Notes under the pieces: model-generated
The model's input: the letters and a program-made list of their open reading frames with translations, nothing else
What the model was told of the DNA's origin: nothing
Databases searched by the model: none
Made by a program: the position numbers and the translations under genes
Source: Eledone cirrhosa
Lineage: Eukaryota
NCBI GenBank assembly: GCA_964016885.1
Contig: OZ024742.1
Coordinates: forward strand, 155,744,001 to 155,808,000
Length of the DNA stretch: 64,000 nucleotides
Reading direction: 5' to 3'
Part shown: positions 1 to 14,319 of the stretch, piece by piece
Layout of the letters: each line of letters starts with the position of its first letter
How positions within the stretch are numbered: the stretch's first letter is position 1

Positions 1-42
<42 letters not shown>

Positions 43-46
<4 letters not shown>

Positions 47-235
47 AAAATGCATGGCCTCGACGGCAGAGGTGAAGCCGTTTCGAAGGCTATTTCTGGA
101 CTGAAAACAGCCGTCGAAACGGCTTGAGCTCTGCCGTCGAGGTCATAGATTTTCCTATTACCCTTCTACTACCCTAAGTATTGAGCAATCTGGTTCATTA
201 TGGTCAATCTGGTTCCTTACCACAACTCCTTCATT
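43..235 (+). mobile_element. Fold-back PLE-derived mini-element, family A (3' half of HHR plus 3' tail), in (TA)n
   Basis: Arms ~43-90 and ~109-157 are reverse complements; similar to 3379-3570 and 51680-52782; (TA)n on both sides. Confidence 0.75.
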
Positions 236-253
236 ATATATATATATATATAC

Positions 254-528
254 AGAAATATCCACTGTAAGTTGTGGGGTCAAGACTGCATGAAGAACTC
301 AATGTAATCCATATGTTGAAAATGTTGTAGGTTAAAATAAATCCCGGAAAACAATAAGACATCAGAAGGAAAACAGAGTCATGATATAAGTTAAAACAAT
401 GAAATAAAAATTCAAGTCATTAGAAATATACGTCACTGCTTTGCGATCGTCACCTAGAAACGATCGTAAAGCAGTGAAGTATATTTATAATGACTTGAAT
501 TTTTATTTCATTGTTTTAACTTATATTA
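254..528 (-). mobile_element. Fold-back mini-element related to the 3' end of the element at 62070-64000
   Basis: Arms ~382-449 and ~459-527 inverted; CTAGAAACGATCGTAAA and TTTTTATT(T)CATTGTTTT...TGACTCTGTTTTCC shared with 63860-63960. Confidence 0.6.
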
Positions 529-545
529 TATATATATATATATAT

Positions 546-792
546 ATTATTAGAAATGTTAGCTATCGCCGTATTTTGACTAAAGAAATTAAATAAATTA
601 TTTAGCCTGGTAGTAGGGTTAAGAACCCTCGGAGAAATGAAAAGTCAATACTCATCTTTTTCCATTTCTCCGAGGGTTCTTAACCCCACTATCAGGCTAA
701 ATAATTTCTTTAATTTCTTTAGCCAAAATACGGCGATAGCTAACATTTCTAATAATTTCAAATCAACTCGCTGTTTCGAAACTATCCTAACT

Positions 793-795
<3 letters not shown>
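546..795. repeat. Fold-back element (~95-bp arms) in (TA)n
   Basis: ATTAGAAATGTTAGCTATCGCCGTATTTTG...CTCGGAGAAATG (548-640) mirrored at 663-754. Confidence 0.75.
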
Positions 796-842
<47 letters not shown>

Positions 843-2049
843 AGAGAGAGATGGGAGGTACACATATTAATATATAGATATAGAAAAGTAAAAAGCTGTC
901 CCACCAATGCCGATGAACTTAAGCTGTTAACCGACTAGAGTTGTGCAATAATGCACATTGCAATCAGTTAATTAATGGGACTGCCAATGGAATAAAGCTC
1001 TCAATGATATGTACTAAACAAAATTCATTTTGGTAATCCAATTTGGGAGTATACATACAGTAGAATAAATAATAGTGAAGGCCTTACGAAGTTGCGAAAT
1101 GTATTCAGCTATTGTGCATATTTTCCACTGTCCATGATTAAGTGGTGTGATTTCAACGTAACTATCGAACAAAATTCATCAGCTAGCTTTCAGAGACGAA
1201 ATCAACCATCTTGTAAAGTTTATTGACAAACAGCTAAATGGTAACACTCTATATGCCGGCCACTGTATCGATGGACTTTGCTTGTTTTTATCTCTGAATG
1301 CTGGTTACGTTGGTTGGCGAAAAATAGAATGAAAACTGGAATTAAATTTCACAGGGTAACGGACTTTTGTAGCTAAACAAATATATCGGCCTCCTTCCTT
1401 GTCTTCACATTATATTGCATTAGCAACGTGATCTCATTGCACAGACGCGGTCTGAGGTATTAGTGTTACTGGTTGCGATGCATCAGGTACACCTGAACGC
1501 CATTGAAATATGTATCACAGCTTTATGAATAATGGAAATGTGATCATTTACATCGGAACTTTGCAATTATCTTTATTTTGAATATAATCCGCTGTGGACT
1601 AAAAATATCTACATATTTTAAAGAATATGTCTGTGTGTCTGTTTGTTTTACTAACATAAAAACAAGCATCCTATATAAAGTTCATAGAGGACAACTACTA
1701 TAGATCCGGTACTCAAAGCCAAGAATGTATATCAATAAGCAAGATTCAAAGTTGTAGATTTATTCTACGTGCATGAATCACTCTAGTCGTTCAGAATTAC
1801 ATGTGACAGTCTCTATGAAGTAATTCGGAGGAATGAGCCCTACGTCACCAACCTTGACAAAAATTGATCAGCTGATGATATTAGAGTTATCTCGCGTGCT
1901 TACTATGTTCGAGTTCAAAACACTTAAAGTAGATATGTTTTATTTTTGATTTAGAAAAAGGTTAATCGCAGATAACTGTAATCTATCAGCAAACCGTATT
2001 ACATATATATAATTAATATATGTATGAGCGTGTTAGATATGTGTCCACT

Positions 2050-2140
<91 letters not shown>

Positions 2141-2150
2141 GATATATATA

Positions 2151-2861
2151 AATATAAATTAGCGAGAATCGTATTTCGGCTTTAGGAATTAACGAAAATC
2201 AATTTCCGAGATGTGTGCCAAGCGCTCGATGATACAGATGAACCAGAGCTACAACATACGTTAAAGGCCAAACACACTGAGACGATGGTTAAACAAACAT
2301 CCGAACAGCCAAAGAAACGACCAAGCAATTCCGGTCAAACAATAAAAATATATGCGATTGAAAATTTACCCGGACCCCTGGAATGTTGTTAAAATTCAGT
2401 ATTTCGGTTTCTACGACTCCTAAATCAAGTACTGTCCGCTTACATAAATAATGCTAGGCTTCTGGTAAGATGATTGAACAAGGAAGCCATGTTATCAACA
2501 GGTTTTAGTTCAATTGCTAATTCAAAGTGTGAGTATTACTGACCCCACGTGGAGTTCAGCAAGGGAGGCAACATTTATTTTAGGCGATTGAATTCAGTTG
2601 TGTATAATATTGCAAGAATGCAAAACATCACAAATCGAATAAAGCTCTCGACAGAATGGTTAAAGTTGACATAAGCTATTCATCAGTCAATAGAATCAAC
2701 TAAAAAAATCAAGAAAATTAACTGGTCAATAGCAAGAGTCTGGAGATTAATACAAATATAAATTAGCGAGAATCGTATTTTGGATTAGGAATTAACGAAA
2801 ACAACTTCCGAGATGTGTCGCAAGCGCTCGATGATTCAGTTGAACCAGAGCTACAACATAC

Positions 2862-2864
<3 letters not shown>
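2151..2864. repeat. ~110-bp direct repeats (2151-2262, 2754-2864) around a ~490-bp core, bounded by (TA)n
   Basis: AAATATAAATTAGCGAGAATCGTATTT...CCAGAGCTACAACATACGTT occurs twice, period ~603. Confidence 0.75.
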
Positions 2865-2898
<34 letters not shown>

Positions 2899-2899
<1 letters not shown>

Positions 2900-3340
2900 G
2901 ATATTAAATAAATGGAAATTATATTTATAAAACCATATTTATTTCATTATATATGTTTCAGGGATATCATATTAACAATATGTTATGCCTTCTTCAGACA
3001 AAATACAATATAGACAGTCTTATAAATAAATAGATTCGACATACCTTTCAACATCGACTTCCATTTGAAAAGTTGATTTGGCCAAATCAACTTTTCAAAT
3101 GCAAGTCGATGTTGAAAGGTATGTCGAATCTATTTATTTATAAGACTGTCTATATTGTATTTTGTCTGAAGAAGGCATAACATATTGTTAATATGATATC
3201 CCTGAAATATATATAATGAAATAAATATGGTTTTATAAATATAATTTCCATTTATTTAATATCGTAAATATACTCCAAATACTTGTTGAGTGCTTTTATA
3301 TCAGTTATAAATATTTACTCGTTGTAACCCAACAATTTAA
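2899..3340 (+). mobile_element. Fold-back mini-element (~185-bp arms, centre GATTTGGCCAAATC ~3082) with HHR
   Basis: 2899-3081 is the near-perfect reverse complement of 3082-3265; a tail follows; related copy at 44529-44680. Confidence 0.8.
3159..3222 (+). ncRNA. Type I hammerhead ribozyme motif
   Basis: ATTTTGT-CTGAAGA-AGG...CCT-GAAA-TATATA-TA-ATGAAAT; stems I and II pair. Confidence 0.7.
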
Positions 3341-3378
3341 ATATAACTTCCCATATATATATATATATATATATATAT

Positions 3379-3569
3379 AGGAACCAGTAAGACCCCGACA
3401 GCTGAGCTCAAGCCGTTTCGACGGCTAATTCTGGACTGAATTAGCAGTCGAAACGGCTTGAGCTCAGCTGTCGGGGTCTTACTGGTTCCTATTACCCACT
3501 CTATAACCTCAAGTATTGAGTACTTTGGTGCGTTATGGTCCACCTGGTTCCTTACCACATCTCATTCGT

Positions 3570-3570
<1 letters not shown>
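3379..3570 (+). mobile_element. Fold-back mini-element, family A
   Basis: GGAACCAGTAAGACCCCGACAGCTGAGCTCAAGCCGTTTCGAC mirrored at ~3447-3490; tail near-identical to the reverse complement of 51680-51760. Confidence 0.8.
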
Positions 3571-3626
<56 letters not shown>

Positions 3627-3631
<5 letters not shown>

Positions 3632-4094
3632 TGGAAGTCGGACCTTCGTAGAGACCTGAAAGTCCGGCTCTTCATTGCTGTATGGAGTCTGTGCTGCTGT
3701 ATGGGTCTGAGACTTGGACACTGACCAAGAAACTCACTCAGATAGTGGATGGGTGCTACACGAGTATGTTGAGGATGGCTCTGAACATTAATCAGTATAC
3801 ACTGAGGATGAAAAACACAGAGCTGTATGGGAGCATCCCAAAAGTCACCTCAAAAGTGACACAGAGGAGACTGAGGTTAGCTGGACATGCTCACCGACAT
3901 CCAGAGTTGACATTGCACACAGTGCTCCTTTGGGAGCCCCTACATAGACACACTAGAAGAGGAAGACCAAGGTTAACGTATGCTGATGCCCTAAGGACAG
4001 ACATTGGTCTGTTGGAGAAGCAGGACATGGCAGCGATAATGAGGGACAGAGACCGCTGGAGAGAACTCGTCCATGGATCTCGGGAATTTTACCC

Positions 4095-4098
<4 letters not shown>
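3627..4098 (+). mobile_element. 3' fragment of RTE-like non-LTR retrotransposon (RT thumb/C-terminus)
   Basis: [15 protein letters not shown]...RRLRLAGH...GRPRLTY...DRDRWR; the ORF then runs into (TA)n. Confidence 0.75.
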
Positions 4099-5148
<1,050 letters not shown>

Positions 5149-5344
5149 AGTTTTGCGAGGTTTTTTATATGAAATCGTGTGTCGAAACAGATATTGTTAT
5201 ATTTGGGGAGGGTCATATTTGCGTAATATTGCCAGAATTAATAACAGAACACACTCACTGTTTGGTTGGTTTTCGCTTCTCGCTGTCTTTTATATATATA
5301 TATCTGCGATGTAACTTACTCGGTCGATAAAACCTGTAGAAGGC

Positions 5345-6112
5345 TTGGTTAGCCTCAAGCAGCGCACAAGTGATGGTGAAGTAGTGTGTCTACCCACAGA
5401 TAAGTCTGGTAGGATATCAATAGATAGCATGCCGAACTACATCGAGGCAATGCAACCCCACATCACCAACACGAGCGAAGTTGCACAACTAACACACGAT
5501 GGGAGAGAAAAAATCCTCAACGCTCACATGATGATGTGGACTGACATCCTAAAGCCAAGCAGACGCACTGCCAACAAGTTCCAGGCGTCTAACAATGGCA
5601 TACCACCCTTGTATGGGCTCCGCAAAGACCACAAGACAGTCGACGACCCGACAACAGGACCACCAACAAGACCCGTATGCGGAGCTAATATAGCTAGCAA
5701 CTACAGGATCTCCTACTTCCTCTCAATGGTTATACGCCCCATAATCAAGATGTCGCCAGATGTATGTGAAAGTACAGAGGACCTCCTCAGCAGAATCAGT
5801 GAGTGCAACAAAAACAGGAGCTTATCCAACTGCATAATAGGCAGCATGGATGTGGTGTCACTGTACCCATCCATTAACATTGATTTTGCGGTGAAAAGAT
5901 GTGTGGAGATGATCATTGAGAGTGAGGTGGAGTTCTGCGACGTCGACACAGACGAACTGGGCCTCCTACTTAGACTTACCTACGACACTGACTACCTAGA
6001 CAGCCATGACCTTAGATGTTTCTGCCCTAGTAGACCTATAAGAGGTAGACCCCCCACCATAACCTCAATTGCTAAAAAGACTCCCATAGGAAGGTGGATT
6101 GGAAAAGTATAA
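5345..6112 (+). pseudogene. PLE reverse transcriptase N-terminal part (YxDD region deleted)
   Basis: PTDKSG, PPLYGLRKDHK, PTRPVC, GSMDVVSLYPSI; collinear with 30776-31756. Confidence 0.85.
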
Positions 6113-6132
6113 GACCCTCATAGAACTAGGAC

Positions 6133-6801
6133 ATGAAAGGAATTTGCCCACTATACAGGAGCAAATCATGGAATAGCTTAGATAGGGCTAGACATAAGAT
6201 AGGGAAGGCCTCATCATGGTACGACAACCAGAGATATCAGAGTGTCATGTTTGTGGACGCCACCCCTGGAGGGAAATTAGCTAACCAGTGTAGAAAGGCC
6301 CTGAGAAAGACCCACTTAAAAATAAAGGTGGTAGAAAAGCCAGGAACCACCATAAAATCCCTGATCAGCAAAACCTACCCTTTTAAGAAAACCCACTGTA
6401 CCAATAGGAAATGTATCATATGTAAGGTGAACCCCCGGATAAACTGTAAAACTAGAAACGTAGTCTATAGCATAAGATGTACAGAGGGTACTTGCAGAAA
6501 CATGACAACAACATACATAGGTGAGACAGCTCGTAGCATAGGTGAAATGATAGACCAACACTGGGGGGAACTAAAAGGACGAAAAAACGGGTCAGTACTA
6601 TACGAACATGCTAGACAACAACATGACGGTAACATAGACAACATAGAAATTAGAATAATATCTAAACATAGGAATGACCCAGCAGATAGGCAAATCAGAG
6701 AGGCCAGTGAAATAGAAATTAGAAGACCAAAGCTAAACAGAAAGAATGAGTGGAACAACAACAACACCCAAACAAACAACACTGACCTAAGAGAAGTATA
6801 A
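6133..6801 (+). CDS. PLE GIY-YIG endonuclease domain (fragment of disrupted ORF)
   Basis: CxxxxCxxC...NVVYSIRC...YIGETARS...EH...E...LN. Confidence 0.8.
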   Translation: MKGICPLYRSKSWNSLDRARHKIGKASSWYDNQRYQSVMFVDATPGGKLANQCRKALRKTHLKIKVVEKPGTTIKSLISKTYPFKKTHCTNRKCIICKVNPRINCKTRNVVYSIRCTEGTCRNMTTTYIGETARSIGEMIDQHWGELKGRKNGSVLYEHARQQHDGNIDNIEIRIISKHRNDPADRQIREASEIEIRRPKLNRKNEWNNNNTQTNNTDLREV

Positions 6802-7064
6802 ATAAGTAAATAAAATTAAATAAAATAAGATAAATAAATACATACACAAGCACATAAACACACACTAGTCACCCAGCAGACACAACACTATACACACTAG
6901 TCACACATCACACATAACACTATACACACACGCAAACGCATACGCAAAGAAGACAAAATAAAATAAGATAAACAAACAAGCAAATAAATAAATAAATATA
7001 TAGACAGACTGAACAAAAAAAAATGGCGTAGACATACAACACAACAGGAGGAACAATGAATATA

Positions 7065-7110
7065 ACACCACTGACGATGTTGCAGATGTGCAACGAAAGA
7101 TTTATGTAAA
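7065..7110 (+). ncRNA. Minimal hammerhead ribozyme motif in PLE 3' end
   Basis: CTGACGA-T-GTTGCA-GATG-TGCAAC-GAAA-GATT-TA; stem I weak. Confidence 0.55.
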
Positions 7111-7316
7111 TTATGTAAACTATATATATGTGTTTGTGTCTATATTGTATCTGTATTATTTTTGACCGCTGATCAGTCAATGGCAACATTGAGGACCGAG
7201 TAAGTTAGATCGCAGATATATATATATAAAAGACAGCGAGAAGCGAAAACCAACCAAACAGTGAGTGTGTTCTGTTATTAATTCTGGCAATATTACGCAA
7301 ATATGACCCTCCCCAC

Positions 7317-7857
<541 letters not shown>

Positions 7858-7944
7858 GATATATATATATATATGTAATAGGAGAAGAGTCGGTACCCCG
7901 ATGCCTAAGCTCCGGCCGTTTCGACAGCTATGTATGTATATATA

Positions 7945-8025
<81 letters not shown>

Positions 8026-8048
8026 AGCTAGCTTGATACATATATATC

Positions 8049-8104
<56 letters not shown>

Positions 8105-9616
8105 AATATACATGTATCTATATAATATATATAGATATGTATATATATATATATATATATATGTATCTGTATATATATATATATGTATTTATATATATAA
8201 ACATACATACATTTATATATATATAAATATATAAATACATACATATATATATCTCTCTATATATATATCTATATATACATACATATATTTATACAATCTA
8301 TCAATATATCTATATATAAATACATACATATATATATATATATACAATCTATATATATATATATATACAATATATATATATACAATATATATATATACAA
8401 TCATATATATATATATATATGAATATATATATATGCACATATATAGAGAAAAGAAGAGGGAGAGAGTGACGATGTAGGTAGATAGATATAGAGATATACA
8501 GATATGAATGATCTGTATGTGTGTCAGCCTAATGAATGTTTGTATGTACACTTCTGTGTAGATCTTACATGTATTATTTGATTCTCATATTCATAAATTT
8601 GTGAGAGGACAGCTTCTGTAGCGGCAAGAAAGAACTGATTATCTCTCGCACCGTTTATCCGCTCGGTTAAGTTTTCCGTGATGGTAAGTTGTTTTGTAAA
8701 TCATCAAAGAAATTTATCGACTGAAGTTTCTCCAATGTTCTAAGAAAGTATAACATCATTATCTGCAGTCAGTTTCTGAATCATATAATTTGGTTTTCTT
8801 CAAATCCAAATACTCATACTTCTATGCAACCTGATTTAATTGACATCATACAAGAATATAACACTACTTACATAAAACCAAGAAAGAATGTATAAATATA
8901 AAGGCCGTGTATTTTATATTAATTGAAATTCGCTATCGACGTGTGTAAAGCAAATTTGTATCATTTTAAATTATGAACACAAGTGAAAATATATAATTAA
9001 CCTAAATCTGTTATATAATCTGAACTCTAAGGAAATGGGTTCAATATATATATAACTAAATATTAAAAATTCTAAAATTATTATATATTCAGTCATTCCC
9101 CATTACATCCTGTCAGTGATATACGTGTTTTGGATGCTGGCACGATATTAGTTGTTTTTGTTTCCGATAGGTTCATAGCACGAAATGTATATTCTCGTTT
9201 AATATTTAATATATTTGTTTATTTAAACTGCACATGGAACAGAGATAACAATATTTGTTTATGTATCGGAGTCAACATACTGAATAAATTAACTTTTCCA
9301 TTGGCGTGTTAAAAATATGAGTAATACTAATTATTTATTAAAATATTTTCAGAGTATATAGTTAATGTGTCCTCTTTGATAATTCTCATTAACAAATAAT
9401 AAAATGATAAGATCAAATGTAACTTAACTTAAAGCTAAAAAATCAGTTCGTGTCCGAATACATAGGATCTCATTCATATTTTTCGCAAGATTAAAATCAA
9501 AGTCCTTTTGAATCGTATAATATAACCAAGAATTCACCTGTTCAAACGTTTGTCTTAATTCAAAGAAAAACATCAATAATTTCTTGTGTAGCGATATAAA
9601 TTATTATTATTATTAT

Positions 9617-9880
9617 TATTATTATTCCTTGAATCTCAGTCATTGATGTTAGTTTACTGGAAAGTCCGTTGGAATGAATATCAAGTCACTACGTGCAGCC
9701 TCAGATATTCAGGACGTATCGGAGGGTTCTTGCTGTTTCCAGCAAGCATGCCTTTTGAAGCGTTCCAAAAAGCGTGAAGGGGCCGATTTTCTTTAACCAT
9801 CCCTGGAAACTTTTGGAGATAGTCCCCAGTGCGCCTATGACAATCGGGATCACTTTGACTTCATGGCAGTTCCAAATCCT
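9617..9880 (-). mobile_element. 3' fragment of R4/Dong-like non-LTR retrotransposon (restriction-like endonuclease C-terminus) in (TAA)n
   Basis: KVIPIVIGALGTI...LQKACLLETARTLRYVL; (ATT)n on both sides. Confidence 0.7.
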
Positions 9881-10133
9881 TATTATTATTATTATTATTA
9901 TTATTATTGGCCGCACATGTGTGAAGACAGACAAGTCTGCGGGGGAAAAGGTTCGTAGCTTTAAGCTGTTTTAAAGTGTCTTTTTTTGTATTTTCTTGTC
10001 ATTAACGAAACTTAAGGTACACATCTTGATTTAAAGAGTGGGATACCTCTCAATATTCGGGCTTTAAGCCCGAATATTCAGATTTATTTTTTAAAAACTT
10101 CGAAAAAATTCGCTTCTCCACCCAAAAAAAATT

Positions 10134-11450
10134 ATGGAAATTTTCGACATGGAAACGGTAAACAACGTTCAGGTCAAAAGTTTAAAGGCAGCCACTGCAG
10201 ATTTCACCACGACTACGACGGCTACAGTCATGCCTGTCATCCACTCTACTGAATGTGAAGGCCAAACTAAAAAGCTACCATCACAACCTTCTGCCATAGC
10301 AGCAGTATCATCTGAAAACGACATCACCACCACCGCCACCACCACCACCACCACAACATCTCAGAGCAATAACGACAATAACACCGACATCTTCAATGTA
10401 AACAAGGATGGCGGTGGCAACAGCAAGAATGACAACAACAACAATAAGAGCATCAGAAACACCACATTTGCTGCAGCAGCAGCAAAAACAAAGCGCTTAT
10501 TGAATATTGATATTGATATTAGCGATAAAAACGAACAGTTGGCCAAAGCGTGGAGGCTAATTAAACGGGAGAAGTCCTGGGCAAACCTGACCATCCCGGA
10601 CGAGGCAATAGCGGCCATGCAAAGGAGGACGGTGCTCTTTCGATGTATTTCGGTGCAGACACGAAAAGTGGAACTTGCGAGCCAAGCAGAGGTAGAGGCT
10701 GCTTTGGAGTACATCGGAAGTAACATAGTTTACAAAGCAAGAGGCAAATAGTTCGGTACCATCTCGGTACTGTTCAAAACCGAGGCCCTCGCTATTAAGC
10801 ACTCGGTGACCCCCTGAAGAACGGAACGCATTATCATGCATCCGTCCTATATGGGTAAAAGGACAGTGAAGGTACGCATTCCCAGCATCCCACCAGGAAT
10901 GAACATATGGTGGCTGCTGGGATGCGTAATCGAGGAGGGGACAGACACCACCCTCCTGGACATCAAAAGGACAGAGAGAGAGGACTGGTCCGGAATGGAT
11001 TTGGAGATTCTTCTCCAAATGAAACCGGAGGATATGAATAACATCCCAGATTTTGCCCGCCTGCAGGACGGGAGAACAATCCAACTAATGGTTGACGCAA
11101 GAAGGCCACGCTGCTTCGTTTGCGGGGAAGCAACGCATCTTCAAGCCTTCTGCCCTCAGCGCAAAAATGCAGAGGGTCGCAAACCCCCTCTGTTGCCAAC
11201 GCCAGTGTCAGCACGGAAAGCTGCACCACCACCACCACCAAAAACAACATCAACAAAAACACGGACACCAACATCAAAACCAGTCGGATCACCACCAACA
11301 CCAAAACTAATCCAAGGAGAAAACGAGGAAAGCTCTCCCACTCCCCCCTACCCCCCCAATTATACACATAGACAAAAAAAAAATAAACGTACACACAGAC
11401 ACAGAGACGGTCACAGACACAGACCCTTTGTCTTCCAGCAGCGAAGATGA
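10134..11450 (+). pseudogene. LINE ORF1 (CCHC zinc knuckle), interrupted by stops
   Basis: CFVCGEATHLQAFC; in-frame stops near 10751 and 10815; Pro/Thr-rich tail. Confidence 0.75.
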
Positions 11451-11789
11451 AGAAAAACCCAAAAGTGCAAAAATCAGAGAAAACTCACAAAAAAAAGGCC
11501 CCAACAAAACACAAAAACACACACAACAAAAAATACAGACACCACTAACGCAAACACTTCCCCAATAACATCAGCACCATCAGCAAGATCGACACCACCT
11601 CCACAATCCCCGAAACGCAAACAATCTAAACAAACACAGGTACAAATAAACACACAAATACCTGAAATTGCAGACACCACACCTACAACAAACATAGACA
11701 TACCCGAAACAACACCACCAAAACCATCGCCACCACCTTCACCAACACGAAAACAAATAAAACCACACCAACAAAATGTTAAAAATTAG

Positions 11790-12872
11790 CCAGTCTCACC
11801 CAAAAATGGGCTGGGAGGAAGCTATCACTGAAAGGTCGCGCCGAGGTGGCGAATGCGTACATCGCGTCCGTCATCTACTACCGCTTAACCGTCGTGCCTT
11901 GCCCCCGTCCGCGCCTCGTCAAGTTGGAACTGCTCCTCTTCAAATTCTTGTGGAGGGGACAAGTTCCGTTGGTGAGGCGGTCCATCTGCTGCCAGCACCC
12001 TCTACGCGGAGGGCTGGGCATGCCGTGGCTAATGATGCGCAGACATGCGTTGAGGCTGCGACATCTCCAGATATTCTGCCTCAATGGTGAACAGGTGTGG
12101 TCGCCGTTTATCAGAGGGCCTTTCCGCAGCTCATTTCTTTGACTGAGCTGCAGTCCTGGGTCAAGAAGAGACCGAGACTGGGTGACTGGCACCTGGAATG
12201 TTGCCAGGCACTCACTGCCCTCTACCAAGCGGGCAATGCGATCAGTGGAACTTCCACTCTCGAGTTCTATAGAGGATTAGTGGTGGGCAAGTGCGATGAC
12301 GCACTCGGAGAAGCTTTGGGCCTCGACGAAGTCGAACTGACCAGTCTGTACCGGAGGACTTTTGAGCCGGGGACGATGGACAATTTCCAGAAATCCCTCG
12401 CTTGGCAGTGCTACCGGGGGGCACTGCTGGTTCGGGATAAACTCTAGAAGCACGGAAGTGCTGTCAGACGGATTGCCCAAGATGCGCACATTATGACGAA
12501 ACGGTTCTGCACGCACTTGTCCAATGTCCATGCATTATTGACTTGTGGAGTTATGTCGAACAGCTATATTCGCGTGTGGAACGAATCCGGCTATCGGCCG
12601 AGTCCATAGTGAAGATCGAGCCGCCACCTTCCATAGGTCAGGAAGAGCAGGACATTTTCCTCTGTCTGGTGGCAGTTGCGAAAGAGATTATATGGTTGGC
12701 CAGGTTGAAAGGACTAAAGACAGACACTTTTCTCTTCGGCCAATCCCTCATCAACTTCTTCAAGTTTCACCTGGAAAGGAGGGTGAGGGTGGAGGGAGAA
12801 GTGCTGCCCCCCAGTACATTTGCTAAAAGGTGGGTGAATGTGGCGAGAATGACTTTGACCATGCGCCTATAG
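11790..12872 (+). pseudogene. L1/Tx1 ORF2 C-terminal region, frameshifted
   Basis: LFKFLWRG...GGLGMP...AWQCYRGALLVRDKL...CPRC-type zinc-finger remnant. Confidence 0.75.
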
Positions 12873-13150
12873 GCTGGCTAACTTGAGGAGAGGGGTGCTC
12901 TCTTGGGTGCCCTAGAAGCGCAGGGTGGTTCAGGATTGGTGGGGTACCCGAATCACCCCAGGGTCGTCCACCCCCTATCGGGGAATTTATTTTGTTATAT
13001 TTATGCATAGTTTATTTTATATTTTTATATTTTCATTGTTAAATTAGTCTTGCCATTGTGCACTTTTACTCGACCTTATTGTAAACCCCCACTGTCCCTG
13101 TCTTTGTATTGTCCCCTACATGTCGGCCCTTGTGGCTAATAAATGAAATC

Positions 13151-13278
13151 ATTCTTCTTCTTCTTCTTCTTCTTCTTCTTCTTCTTCTTCTTCTTCTTCT
13201 TCTTCTTCTTCTTCTTCTTCTTCTTCTTCTTCTTCTTCTTCTTCTTCTTCTTCTTCTTCTTCTTCTTCTTCTTCTTCT
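13151..13278. repeat. (CTT)n microsatellite
   Basis: Direct reading. Confidence 0.95.
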
Positions 13279-14092
13279 ATTGGGTCCTGTCAGAAGCAAC
13301 TGTTTACAATTACTCTGGCTGAACGCCCAAGAGAATCCAGCCAAGCTCATTGATGTTATCTAACAAAATGCCTTTGAGTCTATTCCTGGTTTTCCTGCCA
13401 GTTGGTTCTGCTCGTAAAAGAATTCTAGTGATTCTTTACTGAGATAATCAGAGTTCATGTCTGTAGTATCGGATCATTGTTCTTTGAATTTGGAGAAATT
13501 GCAATTCTACCTGGAGTAACTACCTGATCGATGATAATGCAGGGGTATTATTACAGTTTCACAAACAACTTTTCAATTATTCGTGATATATTTTAAGCTA
13601 GAATTAATCCACCTCCTTTTTTAAAATTGTGATTATTAAACGGTGCTTCTTCAATAGACGTATCCGAAAATCTTTCGTAAATTCTTTTTGAACGTATATA
13701 ATAGGCTTGTCATCATATGTTTACTGCTGAGTTCGATGTTCTTGAAAATGTCCTGGTTTCGTTGCTTTCATACAAATATCCTGTGGCACTTAAACACATT
13801 GGAAACTGTTCGTTTGCAATTCAGTAAAAATAAAATATCTTCAAATATATGGTAAATATCCACGAGCGTAGATATATTTTGAAATAATATAGAAGGGAAA
13901 CCAGCACCAAATCCAATACCTCACTATAACATATTTATCGGAGAAAACTAGAAACTCTTCTCTCCGCAAGGCTACTACACACACCTTAAGAAACAAACTT
14001 CTACACCTGCCAGCTCTAAAATAAAAATGAAGTAGAAATTGTAAGAAAGAAGGGGACAAAAAAGATAAAGGGCGAGAGAGAGAGTGTGTGAC

Positions 14093-14176
<84 letters not shown>

Positions 14177-14319
14177 TGGGGGGAAATTGTCATTTGCAGA
14201 TAACCATATCCTCATCGCACATGTATATTTTGTATGTTTTGTAATAGATAAGGCGAACCAACACTGAAATATAGTTGTGTATAATGTCAATCATAATATT
14301 TGTTAATCATTGTTTCTAC

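Larger units (their letters stand above)
5149..7316 (+). mobile_element. Penelope-like element, internally deleted, with 5' inverted copy of its 3' end
   Basis: 5205-5325 is the reverse complement of 7194-7315; RT and GIY-YIG fragments; HHR core at 7071; (TA)n flanks. Confidence 0.85.
9909..13150 (+). mobile_element. L1/Tx1-like LINE: ORF1 plus ORF2 C-terminus, APE and RT core deleted
   Basis: Gag-like CCHC ORF1; ORF2 3' part homologous to 21418-22500(-); ends AATAAATGAAATC before (CTT)n. Confidence 0.8.

Noticed and set aside
546-795. Hammerhead in this fold-back
   Set aside because: CTGATAG/GGAGAAA does not match the core and no stem I/III pairing was found
8590-8690. Possible host exon ending ATG|GTAAGT (other GTAAG donors near 18561 and 45557)
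   Set aside because: Splice-like motifs alone are insufficient; no recognisable protein; needs RNA-seq
13066-13363. Poly-Arg / poly-Leu ORFs
   Set aside because: Translation of (CTT)n
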